NCBI GenBank assembly: GCA_965248435.1
Contig: OZ252100.1
Span: forward strand, 5,024,001-5,088,000
Direction of reading: 5' to 3'
From: Candidatus Latescibacterota bacterium
GTDB lineage: Bacteria > Latescibacterota > UBA2968 > GCA-2709665
DNA length: 64,000 nucleotides
Position 1 is the stretch's first letter, and every line of letters begins with the position of its first letter. Positions 1 through 10,384 of the stretch are shown here, in pieces. A program made the translations under genes and the position numbers. The notes beneath the pieces were generated by a model, which saw nothing but the letters and a program-made list of their open reading frames with translations, ran no database searches and was not told the DNA's origin.

Positions 1-215
1 TAGGCAAAAGAAAGGCGCCGCTCAAACGCCGCGGGGGCTCGGCCGCGGCACCTCACCCTCAGTGGAAAGGACGGTGGCGGCAATCAGGGCGGGACTCCTG
101 CCCCGCCTGACGCCCACTATGGGACCGGACCAGAGGGCCTAACCGTGTGGGAGGTGAAAGAACGAGGTTGCATCGGAGTCGCACACCGCGGCCCTGATGA
201 TTTCGAACGATCTTT
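1..215 (+). repeat. Dispersed structured element family A, copy 1 (5'-truncated by the window edge)
   Basis: Near-identical to 2301-2500 and 7683-7890; GGCCGCGG 41-48 pairs with CCGCGGCC 186-193. Confidence 0.85.
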
Positions 216-628
216 TTCGCGAGTTTGAGAGATGCTAGTCCCCTCCTGGGTCGGGGTGGGTCACAATAGGGTTTCTGCCCATCAGACCCACCCCTAAATC
301 CCCCCCAAGGAGGGCACTCTAACAATCGCACCAGACGCTTTCCGGGGTGCCCCGGAGGGGCGGGGTGGGTATCTCTTGGATCGTTTGTGGCCTCCATAAA
401 CTATGGTGCTTGACGGATAAGCGCGGAAAAGTCCCACCCCAAGTCATGGTTCATGGGAGTGGCGGAGTTTCGTGTCTTTCGTGGACTTTCGTGTTCTTTC
501 GTGATGGTCCAATATCGAATATCTAAGGTTCAATAATCAAGTGGCTTGTTTGTGAGGCTACATTCATTAAGTGCTGAAGAATGCAAAATTGTCATTCCCG
601 CGAAGGCATGTCCCGGGCTAGTTGGAAG

Positions 629-661
629 TTGACTTTTTCTCATTAGTTGATATATTCAACT
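629..661 (+). promoter_or_regulatory. Sigma70-like promoter with overlapping palindromic operator
   Basis: TTGACT 629-634, 16-nt spacer, TATATT 651-656; inverted repeat AGTTGA-N5-TCAACT 645-661; ATG follows at 662. Confidence 0.6.
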
Positions 662-1021
662 ATGGATTGGTTGAATGCGATCAGGCGCCTGCTTGGACAC
701 AGAGTTTTGGTTGAGCACGAGCCTGAAACTGATAGATACGCTCGAGCCCGCCAGAAACTGCGATACCTTATTGAACGTGGGCAATTGATCGGCAGAAAGA
801 GTAGAAGCGAGACCTTAACGGAGCTTGTCGTGTGGGCCCCGTCAAGCTCGGGAGGGCGATCTGGATACTACGCCTGTTTCAGAGTCTCTCACAAAGAGGA
901 CGATGTGCTGCACGCTGTCCTTTACTGCTTCTACGATGGCACTGACGGTTCACCGTCTGTGACTTCGGCGGATGCTGCACGTCGTATTGCTATTTCGGAA
1001 GGCTTCCTTGAAGGAGAATGA
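662..1021 (+). CDS. Hypothetical protein, putative type II toxin
   Basis: Small basic ORF with ATGA overlap to the downstream HTH antitoxin-like gene; family not recognised. Confidence 0.5.
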   Translation: MDWLNAIRRLLGHRVLVEHEPETDRYARARQKLRYLIERGQLIGRKSRSETLTELVVWAPSSSGGRSGYYACFRVSHKEDDVLHAVLYCFYDGTDGSPSVTSADAARRIAISEGFLEGE

Positions 1022-1497
1022 AGATGCGTCGCCAAACAGAGAAAGACTACAAGTACCGCGCAGCCGGTCGAACCTGGCTTGTCCCTGAACTGCACCTCGA
1101 GAAGATGCCAGACGGGACATTGACGATCTCACAGGATGAGATTGACAGAATACACAGGGCCATTGCAAACCAAATCTGTGGTTCCCCGGAAGCGCTCACC
1201 TTTGAAGAACTGGAGTTCCTTTCCGATGTCAGCGCGACTCCATTCTACGAGGTCGCAAAACAGATTGGGATGCACAAGAGCACCTTATCCAAGTGGCGAA
1301 AGTCAGGGGCTGTTCCAAACAGCATTACAAGCATTTTTCTGAAACGGTGGTTTTGGTTCAGGCTCTTCGGACAAGGTCTTGGCAATAAGACAGTCAAGCT
1401 GAAGGATCTTGGTGACGAAGCAGCCTTCCTTACTCTGGCCAAGTCGCACGCTATTGGGCAGAAACTTACAGAATCCGTTACAGAACTCACTGCCTGA
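1018..1497 (+). CDS. MqsA/YgiT-like XRE HTH protein, putative antitoxin
   Basis: IHRAIA..LTFEELEFL..EVAKQIGMHKSTLSKWRK resembles the MqsA linker plus HTH; no CxxC motifs. Confidence 0.65.
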   Translation: MKMRRQTEKDYKYRAAGRTWLVPELHLEKMPDGTLTISQDEIDRIHRAIANQICGSPEALTFEELEFLSDVSATPFYEVAKQIGMHKSTLSKWRKSGAVPNSITSIFLKRWFWFRLFGQGLGNKTVKLKDLGDEAAFLTLAKSHAIGQKLTESVTELTA

Positions 1498-1559
1498 GGC
1501 CGTGGATCGTAAAGATTAGCTTATGTGCTAATCTACATGAAGTTTGAAGAAGGCATTAA

Positions 1560-1685
1560 ATGAGGAGCTTTAGAAAACACCTGAATGAAAAGCTGAAGCG
1601 CGAGCGATTCAAGAAGCTATATAGTGAGGAGAGGCAGCTGGCCGAAATTGGCTGTCAAAATCCACCGCAAGGAGATGGAGGATGA
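1560..1685 (+). pseudogene. Truncated N-terminus of a HigA-like antitoxin
   Basis: MRSFRKHLNEKLKRERFKKLYSEERQLAE, then LAVKI in a shifted frame; HTH missing. Confidence 0.5.
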
Positions 1686-1956
1686 GTAAGTCAAAGAGGG
1701 ACATCGACCATGAGATTCTTGAAGGACTTCAGGAGATTAAGCGTGGCAAACACGGCCGGGTGATCAATGTGCCGGATATTGCCGAGATCCGGAAGAAGTC
1801 AGGCCTTTCTCAGGCTCAGTTTGCCCAACTGTTGGGTGTATCGGTTCGAACACTGCAGGGGATTGGGAGCAGGGCCGTCGCAGTCCATCAGGCGCTGCAC
1901 GAACTTTACTTATGATCGCGGCCAAGAATCCACAGGCGGTATTGGACGTGGCCTAA
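1682..1956 (+). pseudogene. Frameshifted HigA/NadS-like HTH antitoxin
   Basis: ..LLGVSVRTLQ continues as DWEQGRRSPSGAARTLLMIAAKNPQAVLDVA* after two extra G in the run at 1858-1861. Confidence 0.75.
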
Positions 1957-2183
1957 GAACAATCTGCAATCCCCAACCCGCAATTGTCCTACGGACCCCG
2001 GTACCCGTGTTTTGGTTTTCCGGTACCCGGTCTTCCGTGGCCCTCCGCCTTTCTTCCGCCTTTCTCCGTGATCCCCAGCCTTTCGCCTCCGCAATCCCCG
2101 ATCCGCAATCCGCAATTGATCGCGTTTCTGTTTCCCGAAAGGCATGCCTTCGGCGACCTACCCTTCGGCAAGCTCAGGGCATG

Positions 2184-2630
2184 CTTTTCTTGTCTCGCCA
2201 CAAGAAAAGGGCTACCGCAACCGCCACCCTTGGGCACAGCGCGGCTGTGCCCCTACACTCCAAGATTTCGCCGTAGGGGCGCGGTCGTGCCGCGCCCGAA
2301 GGCAAAAGAAAGGCGCCCCTCAAACGCCGGGGAGGCTCGGCCGCGGCACCTCACCCTCAGTGGAATAGACGGTCACGGCAATCAGGGCAGGACTCCTGCA
2401 CCGCCTGACGCCCACTATGGGACCGGCCCAGAGGGCCTAACCGCGTGGGAGGTGAAAGAACGAGGTTGCATCGGAGTCGCACACCGCGGCCCTGACGGTT
2501 TTGAGCGATGACATTGCTTTCGTTCAAACGCACGCATTAATGAAACTCTTCCCCCTTTGGAAAAGGGGGACTGAGGGGGATTTCAAGATGCATCACGCAT
2601 CGGAGTCGCACACCGCGGCCCTGATGGTTT
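2184..2630 (+). repeat. Family A copy 2, interrupted by a GTAG-REP pair and followed by a CCCCCTTT..AAAGGGGG hairpin
   Basis: CTTTTCTTG..CAAGAAAAG hairpin 2184-2209; REPs 2232-2256 and 2273-2298; body 2301-2500; tail shared with 13450-13575. Confidence 0.8.
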
Positions 2631-2747
2631 CGATGGTTTGTGGTGTGGTGGAGTTTCGTGCCTTTCGTGGATTTTCGTGTCCTTGATCCAGCCGTTCCCG
2701 TGTTTTGTCTTCCCGGTACCCGGACCCCGGTACCCTGTCACAACGAT

Positions 2748-3890
2748 TCACGCGTAAACGGCCCTTTCAAACCGATCATACACCGCCATAAACCTCGGCT
2801 CAGAAAACGGCAATGTCTGGGTCATGATAACCCCGGCGACGTCGCTGGCCGGGTCGAGCCAGAAATGGGTGTTGAGCGCGCCGGCCCAGGACTGCGAACC
2901 CGTAGCGCGTCTCCCCGGCACATCCTCTTCCATTCGCAGAAACCCGAGGCTGTGGCTCTTTTGGATGCCGGGGAAGAAATCCACATCTGCGACGAGCGAC
3001 GGATTTTGCGAGGTCATCTTGCCGACGCGGAGTTCGCCGATCTGGTTCGCGAGCATCGTCTCTACACCCGCCTCGCTCAATACCCGGCTGCCGTCCAGCT
3101 GTCCCCTGTTCAGGAACATCCTCAGAAACCGCATATAGTCGGGCACGGTGGAGTAGAGGGCGTTGCCCATCCCGTAAAACTCGGGATGAGACGGCGGTGC
3201 CAGGTCGGAATCGACGAAACGGCCGTCCTCGCGGCGCAGCTTCGCGTCGGCCAGACGATCGGCCAATCGGTCGGGGACTTCGAAGCAGGTGTCGGGCATG
3301 CCGAGCGGATCGAAGATCTCTTCCTGACAGAAGACGTCTATGCGGCGGCCGTCGATCTCTTCCACGATCTGACCGAGCCAGTCCACACCGACGCTGTAGG
3401 CCCATCGCTCGCCCGGTTCGGCAACGAGCGGGTAAAAAAGCGAGGTCTTGAGGCCGGAGCCGATCCAAAGGAATCCCGTGACTTCCATGTATCTGAGTAT
3501 GTCGCGGTTGAAGATCTCGTATGCGAAGCCGGCTGTATGTGTCGCCAGGTGACGCACGGTCGCCCTGACCTTCGGCGCGCGAAGGCGGGGTCTGTCACCG
3601 TCGAATCCCTCCAGGAGCCGGATCTCCGCGAACTGGGGCAGGATCTCTTCGGCGGGCGTGTCGAGCTTCAGTCGGCCGCGATCGATCAGGATCATCGCCG
3701 CGGTGGCGCCGACCGCTTTGCTCATCGAGAAGATCTTGAAGAGGGTCTCTTCACCCGCCGCCACACCGGGCGATCGGTCGCCCGCCGCGCCGGACCACAC
3801 GACGCCGCGTGAATTGCCTGACATCGCGACGACGAAGGGGACGTCGTTGGCGGCGACTGCGTCGCTCAGGATTGTATCAAGATCGCTCAT
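2748..3890 (-). CDS. Serine hydrolase, beta-lactamase family
   Basis: SMSK (SxxK), LATHTAG, PGERWAYS and WAG motifs. Confidence 0.9.
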   Translation of the reverse strand: MSDLDTILSDAVAANDVPFVVAMSGNSRGVVWSGAAGDRSPGVAAGEETLFKIFSMSKAVGATAAMILIDRGRLKLDTPAEEILPQFAEIRLLEGFDGDRPRLRAPKVRATVRHLATHTAGFAYEIFNRDILRYMEVTGFLWIGSGLKTSLFYPLVAEPGERWAYSVGVDWLGQIVEEIDGRRIDVFCQEEIFDPLGMPDTCFEVPDRLADRLADAKLRREDGRFVDSDLAPPSHPEFYGMGNALYSTVPDYMRFLRMFLNRGQLDGSRVLSEAGVETMLANQIGELRVGKMTSQNPSLVADVDFFPGIQKSHSLGFLRMEEDVPGRRATGSQSWAGALNTHFWLDPASDVAGVIMTQTLPFSEPRFMAVYDRFERAVYA

Positions 3891-3972
3891 AAACGTATCT
3901 CGTATCTCGGGGTAATGTGTCTCAGTCTGTTATTCCGCGAAAATCAAATCCCCCCTGCCCCCCTTTTACAAA

Positions 3973-5294
3973 GGTTCATCACCGATTTCCGGGGAAGGCG
4001 TGGCGGATTCTAAGAAAGAAATAATTATCATCCCTGAAGCCATATGCCATCCGCTTGATGACCTTGATTTTGTTGTTAATTCCCTCAATCAGGCTTGTCC
4101 CGATGGGATAGTCACAGTGAGCTAGGATTCCTGGCATATACGTCTTCAGATTGCGTGCGAATTTCTTGAGTGGCTCGATCTTGCTGTAGATGGCGCGTCG
4201 ATACCACTGATTCCAGAATCTGTTGGCCGCAGCTCTGGATCGATAAGACCAGAGATGATTGAGATCCTCTTTGAGGAGGTATACCGTGTAGAGGCGTTTG
4301 TTTGCAGAAAGCAATTCTCTTAGCGACACTCTGTCTTCTTTGCTCGTGACATTTGCTTTGCTGCGCAGGAGCAACCACCGTTGGTTCTGAGTCACTTTGC
4401 GATCGGGTCGGCCACCGCGCACCCGACCCAGTTCGTCGATGCGTACTCGCTCGACGACGTCGCGGTTGTACTTGGCTTTAACGTGATACAGGTCATAGAT
4501 GATGTCCACATCCGGACAATGGGATCGCACCTCCTCTTCGTAGGCACCGTTCATGTCCATCGCCACGGCCTCAAGTTGCTTGCAGCCTTCTTCTCCAAGG
4601 AGGTGGAAAAACGGGCGGATGTCCTCTCGACTTCGGCCGCGACCCACCCATAGGACACGCTTGGTCTCCATGTCAACAATCACTGTGGCGTAGCGATGGC
4701 CCTTTTGGATCGCAAATTCGTCCATGCCGATCACCGTGACCCTGGCAAAATCCGGCGGTTCCAGCTCTTGCTGGAGATGGGTCTTGTGAATGCGCTTCAC
4801 GGTATTCCAGCTCATCCCATAGTGCTGTGCCACGTGCTGGATGGGCAGGACTTCGCACAATCGAACAACACTTTCAGCCAGGCGTTGAGTGACCCGTGAA
4901 TACCGATCCAGCCAGTCAATCTGCTCCGTCCGGCAGCCACATCGGGGACATAGGACGCGCCGGGAGTGCACGATCAGCCTGGTTCGAGACCCCCAGATCG
5001 GCAAATCCTGAGCAAATCGCACTGCCCAATCATGAACCCGGTACGCCTTCTTCCCGCAACCACCACACCGAGGAAGGCGGCCTGTCTTGGGACGTAACTC
5101 GACTCCAACAACGTCTGCTTCCTGACGTTGAATGCCAACTACCACAAACCCTTGCCACCTACCCAGTAAGGATATACTTTGCACCTGAGACAACGCGCTC
5201 TCCTTTCTACCTTCAGGTTTATAGAGGATACTCTGAAGATAGGTCGGATGCCGTTGTCTCGTCTATTTTCTACCCCAACATTTGACGAAGAACC
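3973..5294 (-). mobile_element. ISL3-family insertion sequence, copy 1 (1322 bp)
   Basis: Ends GGTTC..GAACC; 8-bp target duplication TTTACAAA at 3965-3972 and 5295-5302. Confidence 0.95.
3979..5193 (-). CDS. ISL3 transposase
   Basis: CxxC zinc finger, IGMDEF, AMDM, EGINNKIKVIKRMAYGFR. Confidence 0.95.
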   Translation of the reverse strand: MSQVQSISLLGRWQGFVVVGIQRQEADVVGVELRPKTGRLPRCGGCGKKAYRVHDWAVRFAQDLPIWGSRTRLIVHSRRVLCPRCGCRTEQIDWLDRYSRVTQRLAESVVRLCEVLPIQHVAQHYGMSWNTVKRIHKTHLQQELEPPDFARVTVIGMDEFAIQKGHRYATVIVDMETKRVLWVGRGRSREDIRPFFHLLGEEGCKQLEAVAMDMNGAYEEEVRSHCPDVDIIYDLYHVKAKYNRDVVERVRIDELGRVRGGRPDRKVTQNQRWLLLRSKANVTSKEDRVSLRELLSANKRLYTVYLLKEDLNHLWSYRSRAAANRFWNQWYRRAIYSKIEPLKKFARNLKTYMPGILAHCDYPIGTSLIEGINNKIKVIKRMAYGFRDDNYFFLRIRHAFPGNR

Positions 5295-5496
5295 TTTACA
5301 AAGGGGGGCAGGTTGCTCACGCAGGCGGAGACGCCCCATCGGGGCGTCTCTACGGTGATAGATCGTCTCCGTGCCCTCCTGTTCTTTCTGCTTTTCTCCG
5401 CCTTTTTCCGTGATCCAGCTTTTTTGGATCCAGGGTTTTGCGGTACCCGGTACCCGTGTTTTGGTTTCCCGGTACCCGGTACCCGGTACCCGGTTC

Positions 5497-7413
5497 TCAC
5501 CACGTATTTATCCGATGCCCGTTCCCGTGAAACCAGATCGTGTCGACAACGACGCCGAGGCCGACGCCGGCCAGGAACCCGATGAACATGCCGAGGAAGA
5601 ACGGCGTGGCCTTCCGGTAGTACTCCGGGCCGCCGAGCTTGATCAGGACGGTCCGGATCAGCCAGACGAGGAAGAACGGACAGATGCTGCTCCGCATGGC
5701 CCCCGAGGCGGCGATCGTGAACCCGATCGGATGGATCGGGAAGGTGGGGAGCCGGGTGCGCAGGAAGAAGAGCAGCGCGGTGAACGCGCCGCCCAGCCCC
5801 AGAAACGTCACGCGGTCCCAGTCGGTCCCGAAGTTCTGCTGTAGGCGGCGGCCCGTGAGCGGCCAGATTCCGCCGATGCCGTCGTAGGCGCCCCCGCCGA
5901 AGTTGTAGCTCCCGATCGTGGTGTAACCCTGGTGCAGCGTGAACGTGATCACGACCGCCGCGCCGATCGACGCCCCCGCGAGGATGGCGGGGACGAGGGC
6001 GCGCCGGTAGCGGACCGCCATGGCGGTGCCCAGCCGGGGGATGTGGGCGAGCGCGGTGATGCCGAACGTCTTCGCGTCGCAGAAGAAGGCGTAGGTCAGC
6101 CCGCCCAGGGCGACCGCGCTCGCCGTGCCCAACCCGGTGGTCCCGAACAGGTGCCAGGTGAACGACTGCGCGGTGATCGGTCCGCGGAGATAGATCAGCC
6201 CGCTCTCGACGATGATGCGCGCCAGACCGAGGTAGAGGACGAGGGTGCCGAACCCGAAGGCGAGGAGCGGCCCGAGCGCCATCCCGGCCCGGTTCAGCCA
6301 GAGGCCGGCGTAGAGCACGCAGCCGAGGAACAGCCAGACCGCGGTCCGGTAGGAGAGGAGTTCGCCGGAATCGTCGATCTCGCCCCGCCTCGTGAACGCC
6401 TTCCGAAAGACCGCCCCGAGGTGCGCCCGCGCGACCCAGAGGCCCCAGCCAACGAAAACGATCATCCCGCCGAAGGACTGCCATCCGATCGCGGCGTCGA
6501 ACGAACACCACGGGTCCGGCCCACCGATGTCGAACCCGGTCCGGTTCTGGAAGCCCGCCTGCAGCATGGCCAGGAAGTGAAACAACCAGATGCTGACCAG
6601 GACCTCCGAATTGCAGAAGTAGGCGAAGGCCATGGTCATCGGGTGGATCTTGAGCACGAACCCGGGAAACCCCTTGAACGTCGGAATGCCCTCGCCTCGC
6701 AGGAAGAATCGGGGCAGGTCGGGGACGGAGACGAAGAACCAGGAGAGGATGATCCAGACGATCGCGCCCAGGACGGACCAGAAACCGGCCTGGAAGAGCC
6801 GGGATCGAAGCAGCGTCCGGAGCGTGCCCTGCGAGCCGGAGACGCCGGTGAGCGCCAGCAGGCCGGTCGCGATCGGAAAGGCGAGCCGCTCGTGATCCAT
6901 CCACTGCTTGCGGAGGATGATGGCGATGCAGACGTTCGCGAGCAAGATCGCGGCCAGGAAGCCGCTCCACCAGAAGAACGGGACGATCCAGGGCCGCCAC
7001 GGGAGGTCGGCCCCCTCGGGCAGACTCTCGTAGAACCCCACGATGGCCGGTTTGTCGGAGACGATCGTCCAGTCCGGGATGTGGGGGAGCAGGAACTCCT
7101 CCCACTGGCTCTCCGCGGTCGCGAAGTAGAGCGGGTGCGTGATGACGGGGAGGAAGTAATCGGAGAGCCACTCGCCCTGTATGTTGCCGGCGACCATCCC
7201 GATGCAGCAGACGGTGAGGAGCTCGGAGGGTGAAAGGCCGCGGCGACCGAGCAGCAGGTTGAGACCGAGCAGGCAGATGAACGGGACGAGAAAGGCGACG
7301 GAGATGTGCGCGAAGTCGGCGCGTGACGAACGGACGACCAGGTTGGCGTAGGGGATCCAGAGGTTGGCCAGGGCGGCGATGGCGAGGCCGAGGAGGAGGG
7401 AACGCTTCGTCAT
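5497..7413 (-). CDS. Polytopic membrane protein, DUF6785/DUF6784-like putative transporter
   Basis: Many hydrophobic segments; RKQWxxxERLxFP and PIHPIG motifs. Confidence 0.75.
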   Translation of the reverse strand: MTKRSLLLGLAIAALANLWIPYANLVVRSSRADFAHISVAFLVPFICLLGLNLLLGRRGLSPSELLTVCCIGMVAGNIQGEWLSDYFLPVITHPLYFATAESQWEEFLLPHIPDWTIVSDKPAIVGFYESLPEGADLPWRPWIVPFFWWSGFLAAILLANVCIAIILRKQWMDHERLAFPIATGLLALTGVSGSQGTLRTLLRSRLFQAGFWSVLGAIVWIILSWFFVSVPDLPRFFLRGEGIPTFKGFPGFVLKIHPMTMAFAYFCNSEVLVSIWLFHFLAMLQAGFQNRTGFDIGGPDPWCSFDAAIGWQSFGGMIVFVGWGLWVARAHLGAVFRKAFTRRGEIDDSGELLSYRTAVWLFLGCVLYAGLWLNRAGMALGPLLAFGFGTLVLYLGLARIIVESGLIYLRGPITAQSFTWHLFGTTGLGTASAVALGGLTYAFFCDAKTFGITALAHIPRLGTAMAVRYRRALVPAILAGASIGAAVVITFTLHQGYTTIGSYNFGGGAYDGIGGIWPLTGRRLQQNFGTDWDRVTFLGLGGAFTALLFFLRTRLPTFPIHPIGFTIAASGAMRSSICPFFLVWLIRTVLIKLGGPEYYRKATPFFLGMFIGFLAGVGLGVVVDTIWFHGNGHRINTW

Positions 7414-7418
7414 GAACC

Positions 7419-7568
7419 CGTATCTCGTATTTCGTATCTCGTATCTCGTGGGCCCGTCATCTCGCGTGTTTCTTGATCTCGCAGAATTCGTGTCCTATTT
7501 GCCATTCGACGAGATACGTTTCACGAGATACGCTCTTTCCGAGATACGCTTCACGAGATACGAGATGC
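7419..7568. repeat. Inverted heptamer tandem-repeat hairpin (CGTATCT)n..(AGATACG)n
   Basis: About four CGTATCT units at 7419-7449 and several GAGATAC units at 7511-7567; same heptamer at 3894-3908 and 13643-13668. Confidence 0.8.
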
Positions 7569-7625
7569 CGTAACAAAGTCCCCTCCTGGTTGCCCCGAAG
7601 GGGCGGGGTGGGTTAAATCACGAGC

Positions 7626-7915
7626 TTCACAAAAGCATGCCTCCGGCAGCCAACTTTTCTTGCTCGCCCAAGAAAAGTTGGACAAAAGAAGGGCTCCCCT
7701 CAAGCGCCGGGGATGCTCGGGCCGCGGCACCTCACCCTCAGTGGAAAGGACGGTGGCGGCAATCAGGGCGGGACTCCTGCACCGTCTGACGCCCACTATG
7801 GGACCGGCCCAGAGGGCCCAACCCGCGGGAGGTGAAAGAACGAGGTTGCATTGGAGTCGCACACCGCGGCCCTGATGGTTTCGAGCGATCTTTTTCGCGA
7901 GTTTAAGAGACGCCA
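7626..7915 (+). repeat. Family A copy 3 (full length)
   Basis: 12-bp hairpin CAACTTTTCTTG-CTCGCC-CAAGAAAAGTTG 7651-7680 followed by the body shared with copies 1 and 2. Confidence 0.85.
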
Positions 7916-7958
7916 GTTCCCGCAGGGGGGCGGGGTGGGTAATCTACAGAACGGCACC

Positions 7959-8942
7959 TCAACGCGACTGCGAGAAAAGCTTCAGATCGGCCTCGACCAT
8001 TTCGACGACGAGGTCCTTGAACGAGACGTCGTAGGACCAGCCCAGCTTTTCTTTGGCCTTGCTGGCGTCCCCGATCAGGAGCTCGACTTCAGCCGGCCGG
8101 AGGAATCGGGGATCCAGCTGGATGTGCTCCTCGTAGTCCAGCCCGACGTGCGAAAAGGCGATTTCGGCGAACTCCCTCACCGAATGAGTCTCACCGGTCG
8201 CGATCACGTAGTCATCCGGCTTGTCCTGCTGGAGCATGAGCCACATGGCCCTGACGTATTCCCTCGCGTGTCCCCAGTCTCGCTTGGAATCCAGGTTTCC
8301 CATGGTGACGTGGCCTGTCTGCTTGAGTTTGATCCTGGCCACGTGCGAGGTAATCTTTCGCGTGGAGAATTCGAAGCCCCGGCGAGGGGATTCGTGGTTG
8401 AAGAGGATGCCGCTCGAGGCGTGGAGGTCGTAGGCCTCGCGATAGTTTCGAGTGAGGTCGTAGCCGGCGACCTTGGAGATGCCGTAGGGCGAGCGGGGAT
8501 GGAACCGGGTGGTCTCCTTCTGGGGGACCTCCGCGACCTTGCCGAACATCTCGCTCGATCCCGCGAAGTAGAACCGGGTGTCCGGCTTGAGGTCGTGCAG
8601 CGCCGCGAGGACGTAGTGCGTCCCGTTGATGTTCGTATTCAAGGTCGAAAAGGCGTCCTGGAATGAGATTTCGACGAAGCTCTGCGCAGCGAGGTGGTAT
8701 AACTCATCGGGCTGGACGGTCTTGATGAGGTTGTAGATGCTCGGGTAGCTCTCCATCGAGGCGGGATGCAGCTGGAGCCGGTCCAGGATGTGCCGGATTC
8801 TGCCCATCCGGTGTTCCTGGTCTTCAAGGGCGATGCGACGCACGGTGCCGTGGACCTCGTAGCCCTTATCGAGCAGGAACTCTGCGAGATATGAGCCGTC
8901 CTGGCCCGTGATGCCGGTGATCAATGCGATGGGGTTTGCCAT
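7959..8942 (-). CDS. gmd: GDP-mannose 4,6-dehydratase
   Basis: ALITGITGQDGSYLAEFLL, PRSPYGISK, GILFNHESPRRG. Confidence 0.95.
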   Translation of the reverse strand: MANPIALITGITGQDGSYLAEFLLDKGYEVHGTVRRIALEDQEHRMGRIRHILDRLQLHPASMESYPSIYNLIKTVQPDELYHLAAQSFVEISFQDAFSTLNTNINGTHYVLAALHDLKPDTRFYFAGSSEMFGKVAEVPQKETTRFHPRSPYGISKVAGYDLTRNYREAYDLHASSGILFNHESPRRGFEFSTRKITSHVARIKLKQTGHVTMGNLDSKRDWGHAREYVRAMWLMLQQDKPDDYVIATGETHSVREFAEIAFSHVGLDYEEHIQLDPRFLRPAEVELLIGDASKAKEKLGWSYDVSFKDLVVEMVEADLKLFSQSR

Positions 8943-9062
8943 GCCTATTTTCTGTTGTGATTCATTTTGAAAATCCCCCTCAATCCCCCTTTTCCAAAGG
9001 GGGAAGAATCTATTCCCGTATCAGTACACCTTCAGAAAGAACAACCTCCCCCCTTTCGTAAA

Positions 9063-10384
9063 GGTTCTTCGTCAAATGTTGGGGTAGAAAATAGACGAGA
9101 CAACGGCATCCGACCTATCTTCAGAGTATCCTCTATAAACCTGAAGGTAGAAAGGAGAGCGCGTTGTCTCAGGTGCAAAGTATATCCTTACTGGGTAGGT
9201 GGCAAGGGTTTGTGGTAGTTGGCATTCAACGTCAGGAAGCAGACGTTGTTGGAGTCGAGTTACGTCCCAAGACAGGCCGCCTTCCTCGGTGTGGTGGTTG
9301 CGGGAAGAAGGCGTACCGGGTTCATGATTGGGCAGTGCGATTTGCTCAGGATTTGCCGATCTGGGGGTCTCGAACCAGGCTGATCGTGCACTCCCGGCGC
9401 GTCCTATGTCCCCGATGTGGCTGCCGGACGGAGCAGATTGACTGGCTGGATCGGTATTCACGGGTCACTCAACGCCTGGCTGAAAGTGTTGTTCGATTGT
9501 GCGAAGTCCTGCCCATCCAGCACGTGGCACAGCACTATGGGATGAGCTGGAATACCGTGAAGCGCATTCACAAGACCCATCTCCAGCAAGAGCTGGAACC
9601 GCCGGATTTTGCCAGGGTCACGGTGATCGGCATGGACGAATTTGCGATCCAAAAGGGCCATCGCTACGCCACAGTGATTGTTGACATGGAGACCAAGCGT
9701 GTCCTATGGGTGGGTCGCGGCCGAAGTCGAGAGGACATCCGCCCGTTTTTCCACCTCCTTGGAGAAGAAGGCTGCAAGCAACTTGAGGCCGTGGCGATGG
9801 ACATGAACGGTGCCTACGAAGAGGAGGTGCGATCCCATTGTCCGGATGTGGACATCATCTATGACCTGTATCACGTTAAAGCCAAGTACAACCGCGACGT
9901 CGTCGAGCGAGTACGCATCGACGAACTGGGTCGGGTGCGCGGTGGCCGACCCGATCGCAAAGTGACTCAGAACCAACGGTGGTTGCTCCTGCGCAGCAAA
10001 GCAAATGTCACGAGCAAAGAAGACAGAGTGTCGCTAAGAGAATTGCTTTCTGCAAACAAACGCCTCTACACGGTATACCTCCTCAAAGAGGATCTCAATC
10101 ATCTCTGGTCTTATCGATCCAGAGCTGCGGCCAACAGATTCTGGAATCAGTGGTATCGACGCGCCATCTACAGCAAGATCGAGCCACTCAAGAAATTCGC
10201 ACGCAATCTGAAGACGTATATGCCAGGAATCCTAGCTCACTGTGACTATCCCATCGGGACAAGCCTGATTGAGGGAATTAACAACAAAATCAAGGTCATC
10301 AAGCGGATGGCATATGGCTTCAGGGATGATAATTATTTCTTTCTTAGAATCCGCCACGCCTTCCCCGGAAATCGGTGATGAACC
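9063..10384 (+). mobile_element. ISL3-family insertion sequence, copy 2 (1322 bp)
   Basis: Inverted copy of 3973-5294 with identical transposase; flanks TTCGTAAA and TTGCTAAA differ. Confidence 0.95.
9164..10378 (+). CDS. ISL3 transposase
   Basis: Same 404-aa protein as 3979-5193. Confidence 0.95.
   Translation: MSQVQSISLLGRWQGFVVVGIQRQEADVVGVELRPKTGRLPRCGGCGKKAYRVHDWAVRFAQDLPIWGSRTRLIVHSRRVLCPRCGCRTEQIDWLDRYSRVTQRLAESVVRLCEVLPIQHVAQHYGMSWNTVKRIHKTHLQQELEPPDFARVTVIGMDEFAIQKGHRYATVIVDMETKRVLWVGRGRSREDIRPFFHLLGEEGCKQLEAVAMDMNGAYEEEVRSHCPDVDIIYDLYHVKAKYNRDVVERVRIDELGRVRGGRPDRKVTQNQRWLLLRSKANVTSKEDRVSLRELLSANKRLYTVYLLKEDLNHLWSYRSRAAANRFWNQWYRRAIYSKIEPLKKFARNLKTYMPGILAHCDYPIGTSLIEGINNKIKVIKRMAYGFRDDNYFFLRIRHAFPGNR

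Noticed and set aside
186-215. Hammerhead ribozyme core CTGATGA in family A copy 1
   Set aside because: Other copies read CTGACGG or CTGATGG, and no properly placed GAAA and stems were found
1767-2686. ORFs within intergenic repeat mosaics (also 12811-13814 and 54358-55112)
   Set aside because: They are translations of repeat DNA, recurring wherever the repeats recur, without RBS or family motifs
5270-7233. Long alternative-frame ORFs (633 aa, 433 aa) and similar shadows over mutS, rpsA, mtaB and btuF
   Set aside because: Arg/Pro-rich shadow frames expected from high-GC codon usage over real genes
3973-10384. Composite transposon or inverted segment carrying the membrane protein and gmd
   Set aside because: Outer flanks differ and copy 1 keeps its own intact duplication
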